The position numbers and the translations under genes are program-made. This document shows, piece after piece, positions 15,093 through 29,170 of a stretch of DNA of 64,000 nucleotides. The notes below the pieces were generated by a model. The model was not told the DNA's origin, did not search any database, and was given only the letters and a program-made list of their open reading frames with translations. The first letter of the stretch is position 1; each line of letters opens with the position of its first letter. Location: positions 6,076,001 to 6,140,000 of the forward strand of contig NC_043015.1 in the NCBI RefSeq assembly GCF_006345805.1, read 5' to 3'. This DNA is from Octopus sinensis. Its lineage: Eukaryota.

Positions 15093-15989
15093 ATATATGC
15101 ACATATGTAAATATAGATATATATTTGTGTGTTGGAAGGGGCAATACAAAAACGTAAATAATATAGAATTCACCCACACATGCGTCATAGTGTATTTGAA
15201 TGTAAAAGAAGAGAAAACATTTCTGATGATAAAGTGTCTTTCTGATTACTCCATCTTTGCATACACTTGCATGTTAAATAATCAACTGTTACTTAATAAA
15301 CTTTGGAAGGTAAAGATAAACGAGCAAAGAGTTATATCGATTTTTTGGCAACGAATAAGAAGCAATGATTTATTCATTGTCATTAACCCATTTATATTAT
15401 TTCTGCTATCAACTTTATCAAATATTTATTCATTGAATATTTTTAGTTTCAAACTTAATAATTAATCAAAAGAAATTCAAAAGAGCAACTAAGATTGCGT
15501 GGTTGCATGAGAATTTGTGTCAACGTTTATTCCTGGTTTCGGCATCAGGAGATATTGTTATCGTACAGATAAATCGATATCTTCTATCTAAGAAATAACA
15601 GTTAATTTAATTTTTGTTTCATCTAATTACAATTCCTTTCAGTATAAAATTAGCAACGTTACATATTTTGAAATATTTCTCTTCTGTGAAGAATGCGTAT
15701 ACTTTTTGCGTCCATCCCACGCTTCCCATGACAGGTCCCAGAGCCTTAGCCAGTTTTCACAGCGTTAGATTAAAACTGTAATGCACTTTCCAGACGCGCA
15801 CCTCTACCAAAGGCTTGAACACGTCCCTTGTGAGTCCGCGCGAACGACTATGCGATGCGGCGCGAAAGCTTTTATTTTGTCTAACTATACTGCAGCTTTG
15901 GTTGTCTTACTCGCGCCATTTATCAATTTGGTAGTGTTCTCAGACCTGCGAAAGCTAGGGCTTTTTTGTGGAAATCTTTACTCGCCTCG

Positions 15990-16370
15990 TCGTGACAGCA
16001 TCACTGGCTGAAAAGGGATGCTTCCAAAGGTGTTCGTAGTAACGTTACTCGACAGAGTGCTTAACTTGGAGATCAAAGAAATACTCCAGGTAGAGTAGCT
16101 ACTTCATGGAATTTAGAAATCACATATCCGATACTACGGATATGTAGTAAGAATATCTCGGAAAAGAATTGGCGGAAAAGTTTACAGGGTAAAAAAAGCA
16201 ACCAGCATGAAACCCAGGTATAGGCTCTGAGGAAGATGGTTGGAAAATATTCATAATCTCCATTAGTCTCACTTGGGAAATGAAGCCGGATCAATTGGGC
16301 CTGTTTGTTCCAAACAGGAGCAGATGGAAGGCGTGATTGAGGACTCTGCCTTCACGACATTTTAAGGAAT
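15990..16370 (+). mobile_element. RTE-clade LINE C-terminal remnant
   Basis: VTLLDRVLNLEIKEILQVE...SHIRYYGYVVRISRKRI...GRWLENIHNL parallels the RTE pattern DRVRN.EIR...QLRWYGHV.RM...RWLD. Confidence 0.7.
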
Positions 16371-16941
16371 AAATGGGTGAAGTAGATGTGATGAGATGTG
16401 GACAATATTCCTAAAGCATTTCCTTCGGGACGTACGCTGTGTTGTCATGCCAACGTACGTACTGTAGTCTATGAGCTGATATTCTTTTCTGTCAGTTGAT
16501 TTACCTGCTACTGTTTCTTCGAGGAGGTCTAATAAGACTGAAAAAACGTTTGTAACTGTTTTGATGATTTATCTTCGCAATAACTGTATTCTTTCCTAAT
16601 AATTATTATCTCCTGAAGTCACTGAATTTACATTTGCTTTTTTTACTTCTATTTCACCCTTTTTTTTGTTGTGTTTTGTTTGAATTAATCAATGTTCAAT
16701 AAGCATTATTTCATTTCCAAGGATGATAGCCTTCATTGTTTAAAGCTGTCTTGTTTGCTACGTTGTATTCTTTAGCTATTAATTAACTAGATAATTTTAA
16801 AGTTCTACTTTAGTAATGGATAATTAAATTTGATGATAATTTTTTGAATAATGTTAATCTGTTTCTGAACTTCTAATGTATGTAAAAGAGATTGCGTTCG
16901 TATGTAGAATATATAAAAAATTAACTAACAATTAACTAACA

Positions 16942-17487
<546 letters not shown>

Positions 17488-18227
17488 ACACAAGCGTTAT
17501 TTGCAATGAACCTCAATGAAATATGAAGAAACATCTGAAATAAGCCGTCATTTTCTAATTTGCTAAGTATTGCGAAATCAATAATCCACAACTGAACACA
17601 TAACATGGGAATACCTCAAGCGTTGTCTCCCCTGCTTCCCGAAATAAAACAATATGTGTGAATGATTTCACTTTGTTGTCTTTGTTTCTCATAGCTTATT
17701 TACTTTTTTTTCTTTAACATTTTAATGTGCTCCGTTTTCTAAAAGCCATCTCTAAAGAAAATGAAATTATTTACTTTCTACTATTAAACGTATAGAGAAA
17801 TGCTTACTATTCTTAGCTTTTCCAAAATGCATTCAAAATACGTGAATTAAAACGCTTTCTTTCCACAATGCCTCATCACAAAGCTTTCGTGCATATAAAC
17901 CGAATTGTGCAAATACGCATGTTGCTACACATTACATTTATGCATTACTCTCCCTTTCCTCCAATACTATAAACATTTTCTATTCCTGCTCTACTGGCAC
18001 CCAGTTGACATTTTTCATAAAAGTACCATCCCTTACCTACATTTCCTTCTTATCTATTTAATCTAACACGCCTATCTTACAAACGAAATTTTTTCTTAGC
18101 GTGTGTTAGTGCTTATTAACTTTATTTTCTCATGTCCCCTCATGAACAGTTGGGTTTTTGCCCTTACTCACATTCTCAAACGTTTACCCTTTCTTTGATA
18201 TCGTTCTTAATGTCTATCTCTGTTGGG

Positions 18228-18290
18228 ATATGTAGTATGGTGCTCCAGCATGACCGCAGTCAAATGATGGGTACAAGTAAAAGAATAAAA
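18228..18290 (+). mobile_element. Family-A SINE 3' fragment
   Basis: ggtgctccagcatgaccgcagtcaaatga...caagtaaaagaataaaag. Confidence 0.55.
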
Positions 18291-18337
18291 GTACAGTAAT
18301 ATAAACATAACATATATAACACACACACACGCACACA

Positions 18338-18970
18338 TATTGACTCATCTCATAAATAATGCGGTTTTTATACTTCTTTTATCTCCCTAAATGACGTTAA
18401 ACACAATTCTTCAATAATCTAAAATATACTCTCCTTCATTTTCTACCATACTTTTCCATCTATCTGGTAGACTTGCAAGATTCCTCTTCCAAAATTCGCT
18501 TGTCCGTAACGAGAATGTCTCCTCCATTACTGTTCTGACCTCATCTACGGAATCCATATTTTTTCTGTCCAAATGATTTTCAAGACTGCGAAATAAATGA
18601 TAATTAGATAGAGCAATGTCCGACGAATATGGTGGGATAATTTCCTATTCAATGTGATCCAGCCGTTGGAATGCCATCCTCATTGTATGTGTTCGAGCAT
18701 TATCCTTGTAGAAGAATACCTTTCGTTTTGAAATCAAGTATGGTGGTTTTCCTTTTAGTGCTTACTTAAGTCGCTCAAGTTTAAAAATTCAAAGATGATC
18801 AAACCTTTCACATATCTCCCAAACAGATAACAACTTCTTACGTGGGTCAAAACATTCTTTAGCTTGAGTTGCTGGTGTTTCTCCTAGTCACTGTCTTCCG
18901 CATTTGACATTTTTATAGATAACCCATTTCTCATCACCAGTCACTATTCGGTCTCAGATCGGTTCATTCG
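18338..18970 (-). mobile_element. Mos1-like mariner 3' half with TIR (DD34D domain remnant)
   Basis: DRIVTGDEKWVIY, FYKDNARTH, PPYSSDIALSNYHLFRSLENHL (third D mutated to N), ...ENEGEYILDY*. TA plus TIR-like ttgactcatctcataaataatgcggtttt at 18338. Confidence 0.9.
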
Positions 18971-19852
18971 TATGTATGTATATGTATATTATTTTCTCGC
19001 CCACCTCTAATTCGTTTCAAACTTCACTGCCTACGATACCACCCAAACCAAGTTCCCTCTCAGATTATTCCTCAGATTATTCGACAGTTAAGAGTAAGCC
19101 TTGCGAAAGGTATGATATCCCTGTATAGTTTCTTTCTGGCTGGGACAATGATTACTGTGGAATGTTGAGGAACACAAAATTGCAATGAGAGAAAAATAAG
19201 ATGAATGATTCTTAAAAGTTGGATTGTCGGTGGTACGGAAGAAGTCTTCAAAGAACGAATTTCACAACTGTGACATTAAAAGTGCAGAAGCTGTAGAAAA
19301 CATATCCGGTGGGCCAGAGGCTTTAATTGTGATTTTAATACACTTCGTAGCAATCTATCAAATTATCTAAGATATCTTTGTGTATTGCATTAGCAGCATC
19401 GTCGCATATCTAAGAGTAGCACCCCATAATATATATATATATCTATATTACCGCGATATATACGCATTTTATCAATGTGTTACAATTGTTCCGACTATGT
19501 GTATTTTCTGTATTTCTTAGTTAAAATCTTCTTGATGCAAAACAATAATTTGAGGCTATTTGTTTGAATTTTGATTCAACCTGATATTGGAGAAATTACT
19601 TTGGTATTTCTGTCGTATCAGCGCTAGATTAGAGTTAGAAATAATAGTGGTTTGGTGTTTCTCCTTTCAACATTCGATTGTCAGCTAATAATGTATTGCA
19701 TTAAACCTAAATTACATGGCATTATTCAAAATGTCTATTTTAAGTACGATTATTGTATGTTCTACTCTTTTATGCCTTGCTGATCAGAGCAAACTCTGAA
19801 CAGACAGTTCGTACTTTAAATAATCTTATTAATGCTTCTTATCAGCATTGTT

Positions 19853-20330
19853 ATGTTCATCGTAGTTTTCTTCATCATCCTCTTCATTATCATTGCCGCT
19901 GCTTCCGCTCTCATCATCGTAACCATCGCAATCATCCTGCCACTACAACAACAACCACCAGCGCCGCCATCGCAACCTCCACCACAATCACTAGTGCGAT
20001 TGTGATCACCATCCTCATAGTCCTCATCATCTTCATAATCATCACAGTCATCATCAACATCACCGTTGTTATCATGATCATCATCACCATCATCATCCGC
20101 ATCATCGTAGTCATCGTCGTCGTCGTGGTCATCGTCGTCCTCGCCGTCATAATCATCACCCGCCTCCTCCTCCTCATCATCATCATCATCATTACCACCA
20201 ACATCAACACCACCACCATCATCATCACCATCGTCGTCATCACCATCATCATCATCATCATCATCATCAGCGTTGTCGTCGTCGTCGTCGTCTTGGTCAC
20301 CGCCAGTACTGCCAGCACCGCCGCCACGGT
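19853..20330. repeat. Degenerate (CAT/CGT/CAC)n trinucleotide low-complexity block
   Basis: Directly visible; produces the poly-I/V, poly-D and poly-M ORFs. Confidence 0.9.
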
Positions 20331-20738
20331 GTGTGTGTGTGTGGCTCGAATTAAAGGACATATGTTTGTAGGTAATGTGAAGTTGAAATATTGCGAATTA
20401 ATGACATATGCCAAGTCGACCATCTTAAACAAACTGAAATAGAAGATGAGAACTGTTTTCTCTTCCGAAAGTAAGCTAATACGATATTGATTAATTTCTT
20501 TGTTGTATGCTTCTCTCTGATATTCCTCCTCCATCTCGTCCTCCTCCCTTTAAGTTCTGTAAATATGATCTTTGAAATTATTGTGTATTTTTGTTATAGC
20601 AATTGATTTCTCTTGTTTGAAGTAATGCAACGATATCTCATATAATTTTCTGTGTAAGTTAAGTAAAATCTATACGATTTTACACTGCTATTCTCTTTCT
20701 TTCACTGGATACTAATCAATCCGAATATATATACACTG

Positions 20739-20773
<35 letters not shown>

Positions 20774-21302
20774 ATACAATATACAATATATATACATTGT
20801 TAATTCGAGGTTATATCATAATTAGGGATTATATAATCCAAGGTATTCCACTAGTTAATCCATATCATATAAAGTCGTTATTATATGTTAGAGATTGTTG
20901 AAGTTATATGAAGTTATTGAGGGAAACCTTTTTTTAACCCATTAATGATCTATATTCCTCTTTCAAAACAAAAGTGATTACCCTAGTTCCATGAGCTCTG
21001 AATTGACCCTGAAGAAGTCCTACCACCATATATCTAGAACATGATACCTTTCTGAGCATTTAATCAATTGGAAATTCTGATAACCTAGATGATAGTACAG
21101 AAACTCATGTGTACGTCCCATTATTTTATCTTTTCACCATTACAACTTGCAAGCTATTTATTTGTACTATTATTCATACATCCATTATTCATTATTTGTT
21201 TATTTTCTTTTTCCTCAATATATATATATATATATATAGCCAGCTAGCTAGCTAGATAGATAGATAGATGCAAAACAGGTAAAATGCAACTCAAAATATG
21301 AA

Positions 21303-21519
21303 TACTCTTTTACTCTTTTACTTGTTTCAGTCATTTGACTGCGGCCATGCTGGAGCACCGCCTTTAGTCGAGCAAATCGACCCCGGGACTTATTCTTTGT
21401 AAGCCCAGTACTTATTCGATCGGTCTCTTTTGCCGAACCGCTAAGTGACGGGGACATAAACACACCAGCATCGGTTGTCAAGCAATGCTAGGGGGACAAA
21501 CACAGACACACAAACACGT

Positions 21520-21590
<71 letters not shown>

Positions 21591-21754
21591 TACGACAGGC
21601 TTCTTTCAGTTTCCGTCTGCCAAATCCACTCACAAGGTATTGGTCGGCTGGGGCTATAGTAGAAGACACTTGCCCAAGGTGCCACGCAGTGGGACTGAAC
21701 CCGGAACCATGTGGTTTGTTAGCAAGATACTTACCACACAGCCACTCCTGCGCA
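21303..21754 (-). mobile_element. Young family-A SINE
   Basis: Full head (cagccactcctgcgc on the plus strand) to tail (tactcttttactcttttac), with internal (CA)n(TA)n. Confidence 0.95.
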
Positions 21755-21988
21755 TTTAGCAGAAGTAACTTACTGGGTCAAGTTTCGAGAGTTTTTTGTG
21801 TGTTGGCTGTGACATTTGATTGATAAGACTAATAAGTGCCAACGCAAGAAACTCTCGAACTTGGAGTCATTGTTATATCTACTGAATGTTAATGTATACA
21901 TACATACATGCATGCATGCATACATACATACATACATCATACATACATACATACATACATACATACATACATACATACATACATACAT

Positions 21989-22290
21989 ACGTGGAGTCTT
22001 CGAAAGGCACGGGATATTTTGGAATGTTCTAATAGGGAGGTTATTAGTTTTAAAGGCTTGGGTGAGGAAATGTCTTCTATGATTATACACCTTGTTTTTT
22101 TCTCAGCTGTTTTGTACAGTATGAAATGTGGAATTTCAACGCGCTACTTACTGCATATCAAGGATGCAGCCATGAATTTCAGTGTAACCTCAGAACAATT
22201 TCGATGTGTCCTATTCAAGGAAATTGCACAGAACTAGATGCAAAGCAATTATTGGAAAAGTTATATTCACGGCACACTTTGAGGGGAATG
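21989..22290 (+). mobile_element. Mariner 5' remnant (tentative)
   Basis: TA plus TIR-like cgtggagtcttcgaaagg. Frameshifted EQFRCVLF / QGNCTE..KQLLEKLYSRHTL resembles the mariner N-terminus. Confidence 0.4.
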
Positions 22291-23224
22291 CGGAGACGAA
22301 AGGGTAAAGTTAAACAACTGTAACAATAGTACTAAATACGTTATCTTGTGAGACTCGGGGGGCAAAAATATTAGAAATCCCCCCTTAAAATGGTATAAAA
22401 ACACTTTTTTAATGTGTGCCGTCTTAAAACCGTTCCATAACAATTTCACTATTATATATTATATCAATGATTTCCACTTCATTATAAATATTTTTCATAG
22501 CAATTTGCTTAAAATAACATTAAATATATTTCCAAATTATCACTGTATTTGTTTTGCTGAGAAGAATATATTCTCATGTAGGTGGTTTTATTTTATTAGA
22601 TAACAAGTACGCTTGTTATCTAGTCAATACACTTATCATTATACCAAACAAAGAACTTTCGTTATTCATCTTCAACACGGTATTGTATAAATATCAGTCT
22701 ATAAATAGGCCTAAGAATATCTCAGACATATTTATGATACGAGATAAAACAAGGAAACATATATATGTGTGTATAATACATAATATGTTTTTATAGGTGT
22801 ATATGTCGTTTATCAAAATTTTCTATTATGACACAATGTCTCATTGTTTGGGCATAAAGCCTTATCCATGGTGAGATGATATCGCTTGAAGATTATTGAG
22901 TTTTCTTATACAACTTTAACTTTATTTGTTCCTGTCGGTTGTGTCTGAAATGAGTTTTTGTTTGGAATATTGTCTCTTTTCATGTTTCAGTATTGTATAA
23001 TTTTACGAAGCACATTAAATGGTCCAATTAATAACAATTAAATTTAAATAGGTATTATACATCAATGTCCGTAACTATAAAAAAACCTTATCTTCGGATA
23101 TTTATGTAATAAACGCATTAACACGTGTGTCAGGAAAGAAACCCTGTTTATTTAGATGTATATACATACACATGTACGAAGTTTTCATACACTATTATGT
23201 GTGCGTATATATAATATGTAATAT

Positions 23225-23255
<31 letters not shown>

Positions 23256-23379
23256 TGTGTACCCAGACAATGAGACATTGTGTCATAATGGAACGTGTGT
23301 GTGTGTAAGGAGGCGAGCTGCCAGAATCATTAACATTTTCACGTAATGCCTAGCGAACACTATGCATACATACGCACAT

Positions 23380-23750
23380 ATAAAGGTTGGGCTGACCAGC
23401 CGTACACTGGCAACACTCTTGCAAAAACAGCACATAAACAATCTATTCCATGGTCCGCTGATAATACGGGACAACATGTTTGGTGCCAATTTGATACGTA
23501 GGCTTTGGAATGTGGGAATGTCATAACCTCAAGCGTATGCAAAATATCCCACATAATGTCCAATGCTATTCCTTGCATATCCGGTTGTATATCACAGTGG
23601 AATTCTACCAGAGACATGCTTTATCAAAAGCTGATGGTGCATTCCTCCCTCTGGCCTTTTGGCAAGCCTTTAAATACCAGCACACCAACCTTTAATTTCT
23701 GAGTACCAGTAATATTGTTATATAGTCTTTGAACGTATACTGGGTTCATC
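23380..23750 (-). mobile_element. CR1/L2-type RT remnant
   Basis: SAFDKA (cf. SKAFD) followed by IGHYVGYFAYA*...PTFQSLRI (cf. FAYADD...PT..SL). Confidence 0.45.
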
Positions 23751-24399
23751 CGTCCTATTGACAAATTATTTTTGTATTAACCCTGTTAGATTTCTAACAA
23801 CCACCCATACCAGGATAGTCTGGATGTTTGAACTATTTTTTATTGCAAGAAAATCGGAGGCGCTTATAAGAGGAGAATTAAATCACTTCGGTTAGTATCT
23901 TGCAATACAATCAAATAAGAATCTTCCTCTTCGTAGCTGAATCTTTTTTTATGTTAATTGTATTTTAACTGAAACAAACGCTTTTGTAAAGATAATTAAG
24001 TCATCACAAGGGATCAAAATTTCGATAAGAAACTAAGCTTTGACAGTCATAGTAAAGAAAATAATATGTTTGAGCTTAACCTGTCCATCTATAATTCAGA
24101 TTGGATTCAAGACTTGTGTCTAGAAAACAAAACCTAGAAATATTTGTTTCTCTTAATTGTACAAAATACACATACAAGACTATCACGATTCTACATATAC
24201 ACATACATATTTATACAGAAGACTGTATTCTTTAAGTGAAAGAGAAACAGAATTACTTAGGAGTACACCACAACAGATCCCCTATCAGAAACATATTCAG
24301 AATTGATATTAGTTGTGACTAGTCAAGGGCTAACTATATGACAATATATTAATTTTCAATTAATGCAGCTTAATTGATTTGTCGACTCAAGACAGCTCA

Positions 24400-24970
24400 T
24401 TTCATATGGACACTAAGTCTGCCAGATATAGCTGGCGACTTCCTCAAATAAATCCTAACGTCATGTAAAAGAAAGACTAAATTATATAATATCATCATGT
24501 GTACAGAAGACGATATGTTCATGTTTGGAATGCTGGAATAATGGGCGCTCGATAAAAATATCGTACAGCTGTTACTCCCAGTATGATCATCGTATCTCGC
24601 AAGGCTCATAAAGAGCCCGCTCCGAGTTGTAAATGTCGCGACCTCGAAACTTGACCAGGCGTTTATGATGTACTCTATCATCTGTGAGGCAGAGGTTACA
24701 GCAACGCTTCAAGATAACGTAACTGAAAAAAACAGATTACGCCGATTTATGTGAGGGCAAGTTTAAAAGACGTTATCCAAACCATCACTCCTCTATGCGG
24801 CACATAAACAGAATTGAAGCCACTAAGTTGGCTAAACACATATAGGATCTGAAGACCAATAACACATCACATGCCAACCAAGTGGAGAATCGTGGAAAAA
24901 TCTATACCATATATTTAAGGATCTCAGAAATGGAACTTAAGCGTAAATAAAAGATTACTTTCTAGATCCA
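24400..24970 (+). mobile_element. Penelope-like GIY-YIG endonuclease remnant
   Basis: SCKCRDLET, IICEAEVT, YADLCEGKFKRRYPNHHSSMRH, EATKLAKHI*DLK, KWRIVEKSIPY in order, with frameshifts. Confidence 0.8.
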
Positions 24971-25440
24971 AGAATTCTACCACACTACTTCTAGATCCGC
25001 AGGTTTTAGCAAATAGCAGGATATGGACAAATTTCAATTGTCGAACTGGAGGAAACCACCCTTTCCAGATTGTGAGTTTGCCCTCCTCTCCGTCATTTTA
25101 TTTCACACCAGCTAGTACAGATTCTACGTTAAATAGGTTGTGATTCTAATTTAGTTCCTTTCTTTTCTTCTTCTTCTTCTTCGTGTTTATTCATCCTCTG
25201 TCTTCTCATTCCAGCCATTTCTGGATCAATCTTCTCGTTTTTTCCTCATGTTTTCTCATGTACAAGCATCTTGTTTCTCATACAGAAGAAACCGTTTACC
25301 CAGAGTCTGATATTGTTTGGAGATAGAACAGAAATTATTAAAAACATCGATTGAAATCCTGGAAACCTTGAACGCAGGAGAATAGCTATGATACACCTCA
25401 GAAGATTGGAAGATTTTCAGTTTTATAAGAGTATGTATGC

Positions 25441-25472
<32 letters not shown>

Positions 25473-25804
25473 ATATATCACATCATATGTTTATCTAAAT
25501 CTTTCTCTCTCTCTCTCTCTCTCACCCTCTCTATCTGCTTCTATAGCTGTCTGTCCTCTTTCCTCCACTATGTAATGTTTACATGTATGTGTGTATTAAA
25601 AACTGGCTTACAGTGCTATAATTCCGTTTCAGCGCTCATATTTTGTTCAAAACCATTCTTTGTAGAAAAAAATAGTATGAGCTTCGAAAAAGAATTATAA
25701 CTCTGTAAACCGATATTTCATAAACAACCATATTTTGCTATTCTTCCTGAGTACTTTGTTAGTATGAGAAAACTTTCTTCAGAACAACAGCGACAAAAAA
25801 AAAC

Positions 25805-25849
<45 letters not shown>

Positions 25850-25916
25850 GAGCATGTGTGTGTGAAATATATGTATGTAGATAAACATATGTATATATAA
25901 GTATGTGTGTGTGAAA

Positions 25917-25958
<42 letters not shown>

Positions 25959-26178
25959 CACGTGTGTGTATGTAAGCTTTCATCTTTTAGATTCCTTTTA
26001 AGTGTGCTGTGGTGTTTTGCATTATAAAAAAAAGTTTTTTGTTCATATAAACCAGTATTATGAAGAGAGATAATATATACAGCTAGAAGTTGAGGTTGCT
26101 TTATAAAATACGTTTTTTTTCCCCATAATATGACTCCTATTGTCACATTTTTCACCTTGACCAGATTTCTCTGTATAG

Positions 26179-26278
26179 ATTTTCATATTGGTACACACTG
26201 TGTTTTTGACATGGCGTTGGGTTGGAGTGAAGATGAAATCGCTGGATATCAGCATGTGATGATTCTTGGAAATGAATG
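26179..26278 (+). CDS. Candidate internal exon, unknown protein (DFHIGTHCVFDMALGWSEDEIAGYQHVMILGNE)
   Basis: Acceptor atttctctgtatag and donor G|gtatga; 100 nt; only the phase-1 frame is open; GC above flanks. No homolog recognised. Confidence 0.4.
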
Positions 26279-27581
26279 GTATGAAAAAAAAAAGGAACAA
26301 AATTGTAAAAGAAAAAGAGCAGCACAAGAAATGCAATGATAATAATCAATAGTTAATTTTCAAGCCACTATTTACGTCTTTTACTGTTTTTGTTCTCTTT
26401 ACTGCCGATCAATGTATTATCTGACGGTTTTTGCGATCACCTGATAGCGCTATCCTTTATATAGTAAGTGAGAAGCTAGATGAATTCGGGATGAGAATAA
26501 TAGACCGAAAAGCACACCAATCACCACACACCGATATCTCATCTTAAAGATACAACAGATGTACAAATTGGTAGAAGCTTAAAGACAATTGGATGGGGAT
26601 AAGATAAATAGACCTAAGAAAAATATCCGAGGAGATAACAGAAATAAGATTCGACAGTTTTTCTTCATTACAGATAAAATGTTCCTATCAAACTGAAATT
26701 GTTATGTCTTTCTAGTCGTGTCTATGTGTGGGAACTGAACAGAGACGTAGAATCATTGTGAAAGAAAATGAAATTGTCAGCAATCATGTATCAACAACAG
26801 CTATTATGAATGTTGGCAAGATGGTAAAATGGCATAAATAGAAAAAAAAGCGGGGAGAATGCCCGAATCTATATTGTTTTCCCTTGTGTGTTCTGAATTG
26901 CAATTAACCTATGATTGACTTTCCGGGTCAAATAAATAAATGGCTGAAATGCTCCAGATATGTTCAATACCTAACACAATAGCTTCATGTTTTTTTTTTC
27001 TTCTTTTTAATGACCCACCAACCTGCAGCATTGTTCAAACATATTGATATTAAAGATTTTCTCATTACAAAGTCTAAGGATTAGGACGAAATCAATTATG
27101 GTATTTACTAAACAGATCAGAATTTTCTGGCGTTTAAAACGAGTGATAATCCACTTTGCATTTTATCTTATCTGTATAGAGTGAAAGCTCAATACCAGTA
27201 ATATACAGATTGTAGCGATTAACTGTTAATTACTAATGATTGTATAGTTCTTGATTTGATAAGTTTAAACCTGTTTTACAAATATTTACAAAAATTTAAA
27301 CCACCTTCGTGTAAAAAAGCATGCAAACATAGAATTATATATACTTATATACATTAACAATTTCAAAACTAATGCATATTAAAAAAACAAAACAACTCAA
27401 TGTGTCATTATATATTTTCAATTATATATGTGAATACATACGCATGTGAATGAAAGACTAATAGAATCTACATATATTGTGAAATTAGATAAAGAGTGAA
27501 ACCATATTTAGTCATGTATAGTCTGCAAATATAAGGGTATGCATATACATATGTATATACATATATGAATATTTATACACA

Positions 27582-27657
<76 letters not shown>

Positions 27658-27734
27658 TATATATATATATATATATATGCATATAAAAACACATATAAAC
27701 ATATGTATATGTATATATTTATATACATATGTGA

Positions 27735-27767
<33 letters not shown>

Positions 27768-28073
27768 TATATTTCTATATATATACACGTATTTATACAT
27801 ATTCATCATGTGCATGCACGCATGTGCACGCGCATGCTTGTGCATGTGTCTTTGTGTGAGAAGGCAACTGATTTGCATCATGCATGTACGAAACCAGTCT
27901 CCAGCACACAATTACAAATACACTAAACATTTTGTATACATGCAAAATTGTGAGCATGTTGGACGCAGTATAGTGAACTGATAATTTATCTAAAGTGAAC
28001 AATATGTAAGTCAGGCTGATATATATATATACGTATATATGTTTGAATATATATTCGTACATATATACGTGTG

Positions 28074-28131
<58 letters not shown>

Positions 28132-28879
28132 AATATATATATAACATACAAACATGTGTATGTTCAAGTGAAAGTGTAACTCTTTATTAACTACAATACG
28201 TGACATAATTAATAGACATAATCTCACCGTTTTCCCAAAATACTGGAAAAGAAGAAAAACCAAAAACAACATCACTAAATTTGAAAATATTCCTAATGAT
28301 TATTTGAAATAGACAGGAAGCAAATGTACCAGCTGAATTGGTAGAAAATTACTTTAATAACAATGCTACGTATATGAATTTTATCTTTGTACAAACATAT
28401 TTTTCGCTGCTAATTATTTCAAAATATATATACACATGTACATATCTACTAATTTATCAGTCTATGTACATATAAAATGTATACGGACATGCATACATAT
28501 TCACGTACATTTTAAACTTTATAAAGTTATGCATTGTTATTGACAACATGTATTTCACTTATTGAATCAATGAAACTCTTATATTGAATCGTCGGAGACT
28601 ATTGTAATTGAGCAGTTCACAGACAGCTGTCCTCTCATTTATTTTTAAGTATATTTGAGTAAAAACAAAGTAGTGATATTGAACCTACAAACTCAGGATT
28701 ACGAAGCGAACAGTTAACCGTCTGGCTACACATGCATTCACTCCCAAATATGAATGAACTCACGAACACATGTATGGATTCACAGACATCTCTGTACGTC
28801 TGTATACATATATGTATAGGTAAATAAGTCTACACACACACAGAGAAGCAATCACATATACAGGTATGAATACGTATGT

Positions 28880-29170
28880 AAGTATGTATATGCGGTGGTT
28901 CCTTGTTTATTTCCGCATTTGAATGATTTGGCTTCGTACAGAGGATTTGTATGATTTGGTTGCGTACAGAAGGATTTATAAGGATTTTGTGACTGAGCGA
29001 GGGGAGGTAGTTTCTGTGATTGTTTTAAGACTACATATTTATCCTTTAAATTTTGATCTATGTTTGCTTCTTTTTACGCCCTCCTCTACATAGTTGTTCA
29101 TGTGTTTTATGAATTCTGAAATGCTTATAAATGCATTACCCGTTAATCCCTCCGTCAGCCAGGGTTACGA
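28880..29170 (-). mobile_element. Possible Penelope linker remnant
   Basis: DKYVVLKQSQKLP...KCGNKQ weakly resembles the PLE linker before the CCHH/GIY-YIG region. Confidence 0.25.

Noticed and set aside
19753-20534. 200-229 aa ORFs on both strands
   Set aside because: They arise from the degenerate (CAT/CGT)n block, several frames are open, and there is no unique protein signal.
25282-25430. Exon-like segment with a good acceptor and a gtatgt donor
   Set aside because: Stops occur in all three frames; it lies downstream of a Penelope remnant.
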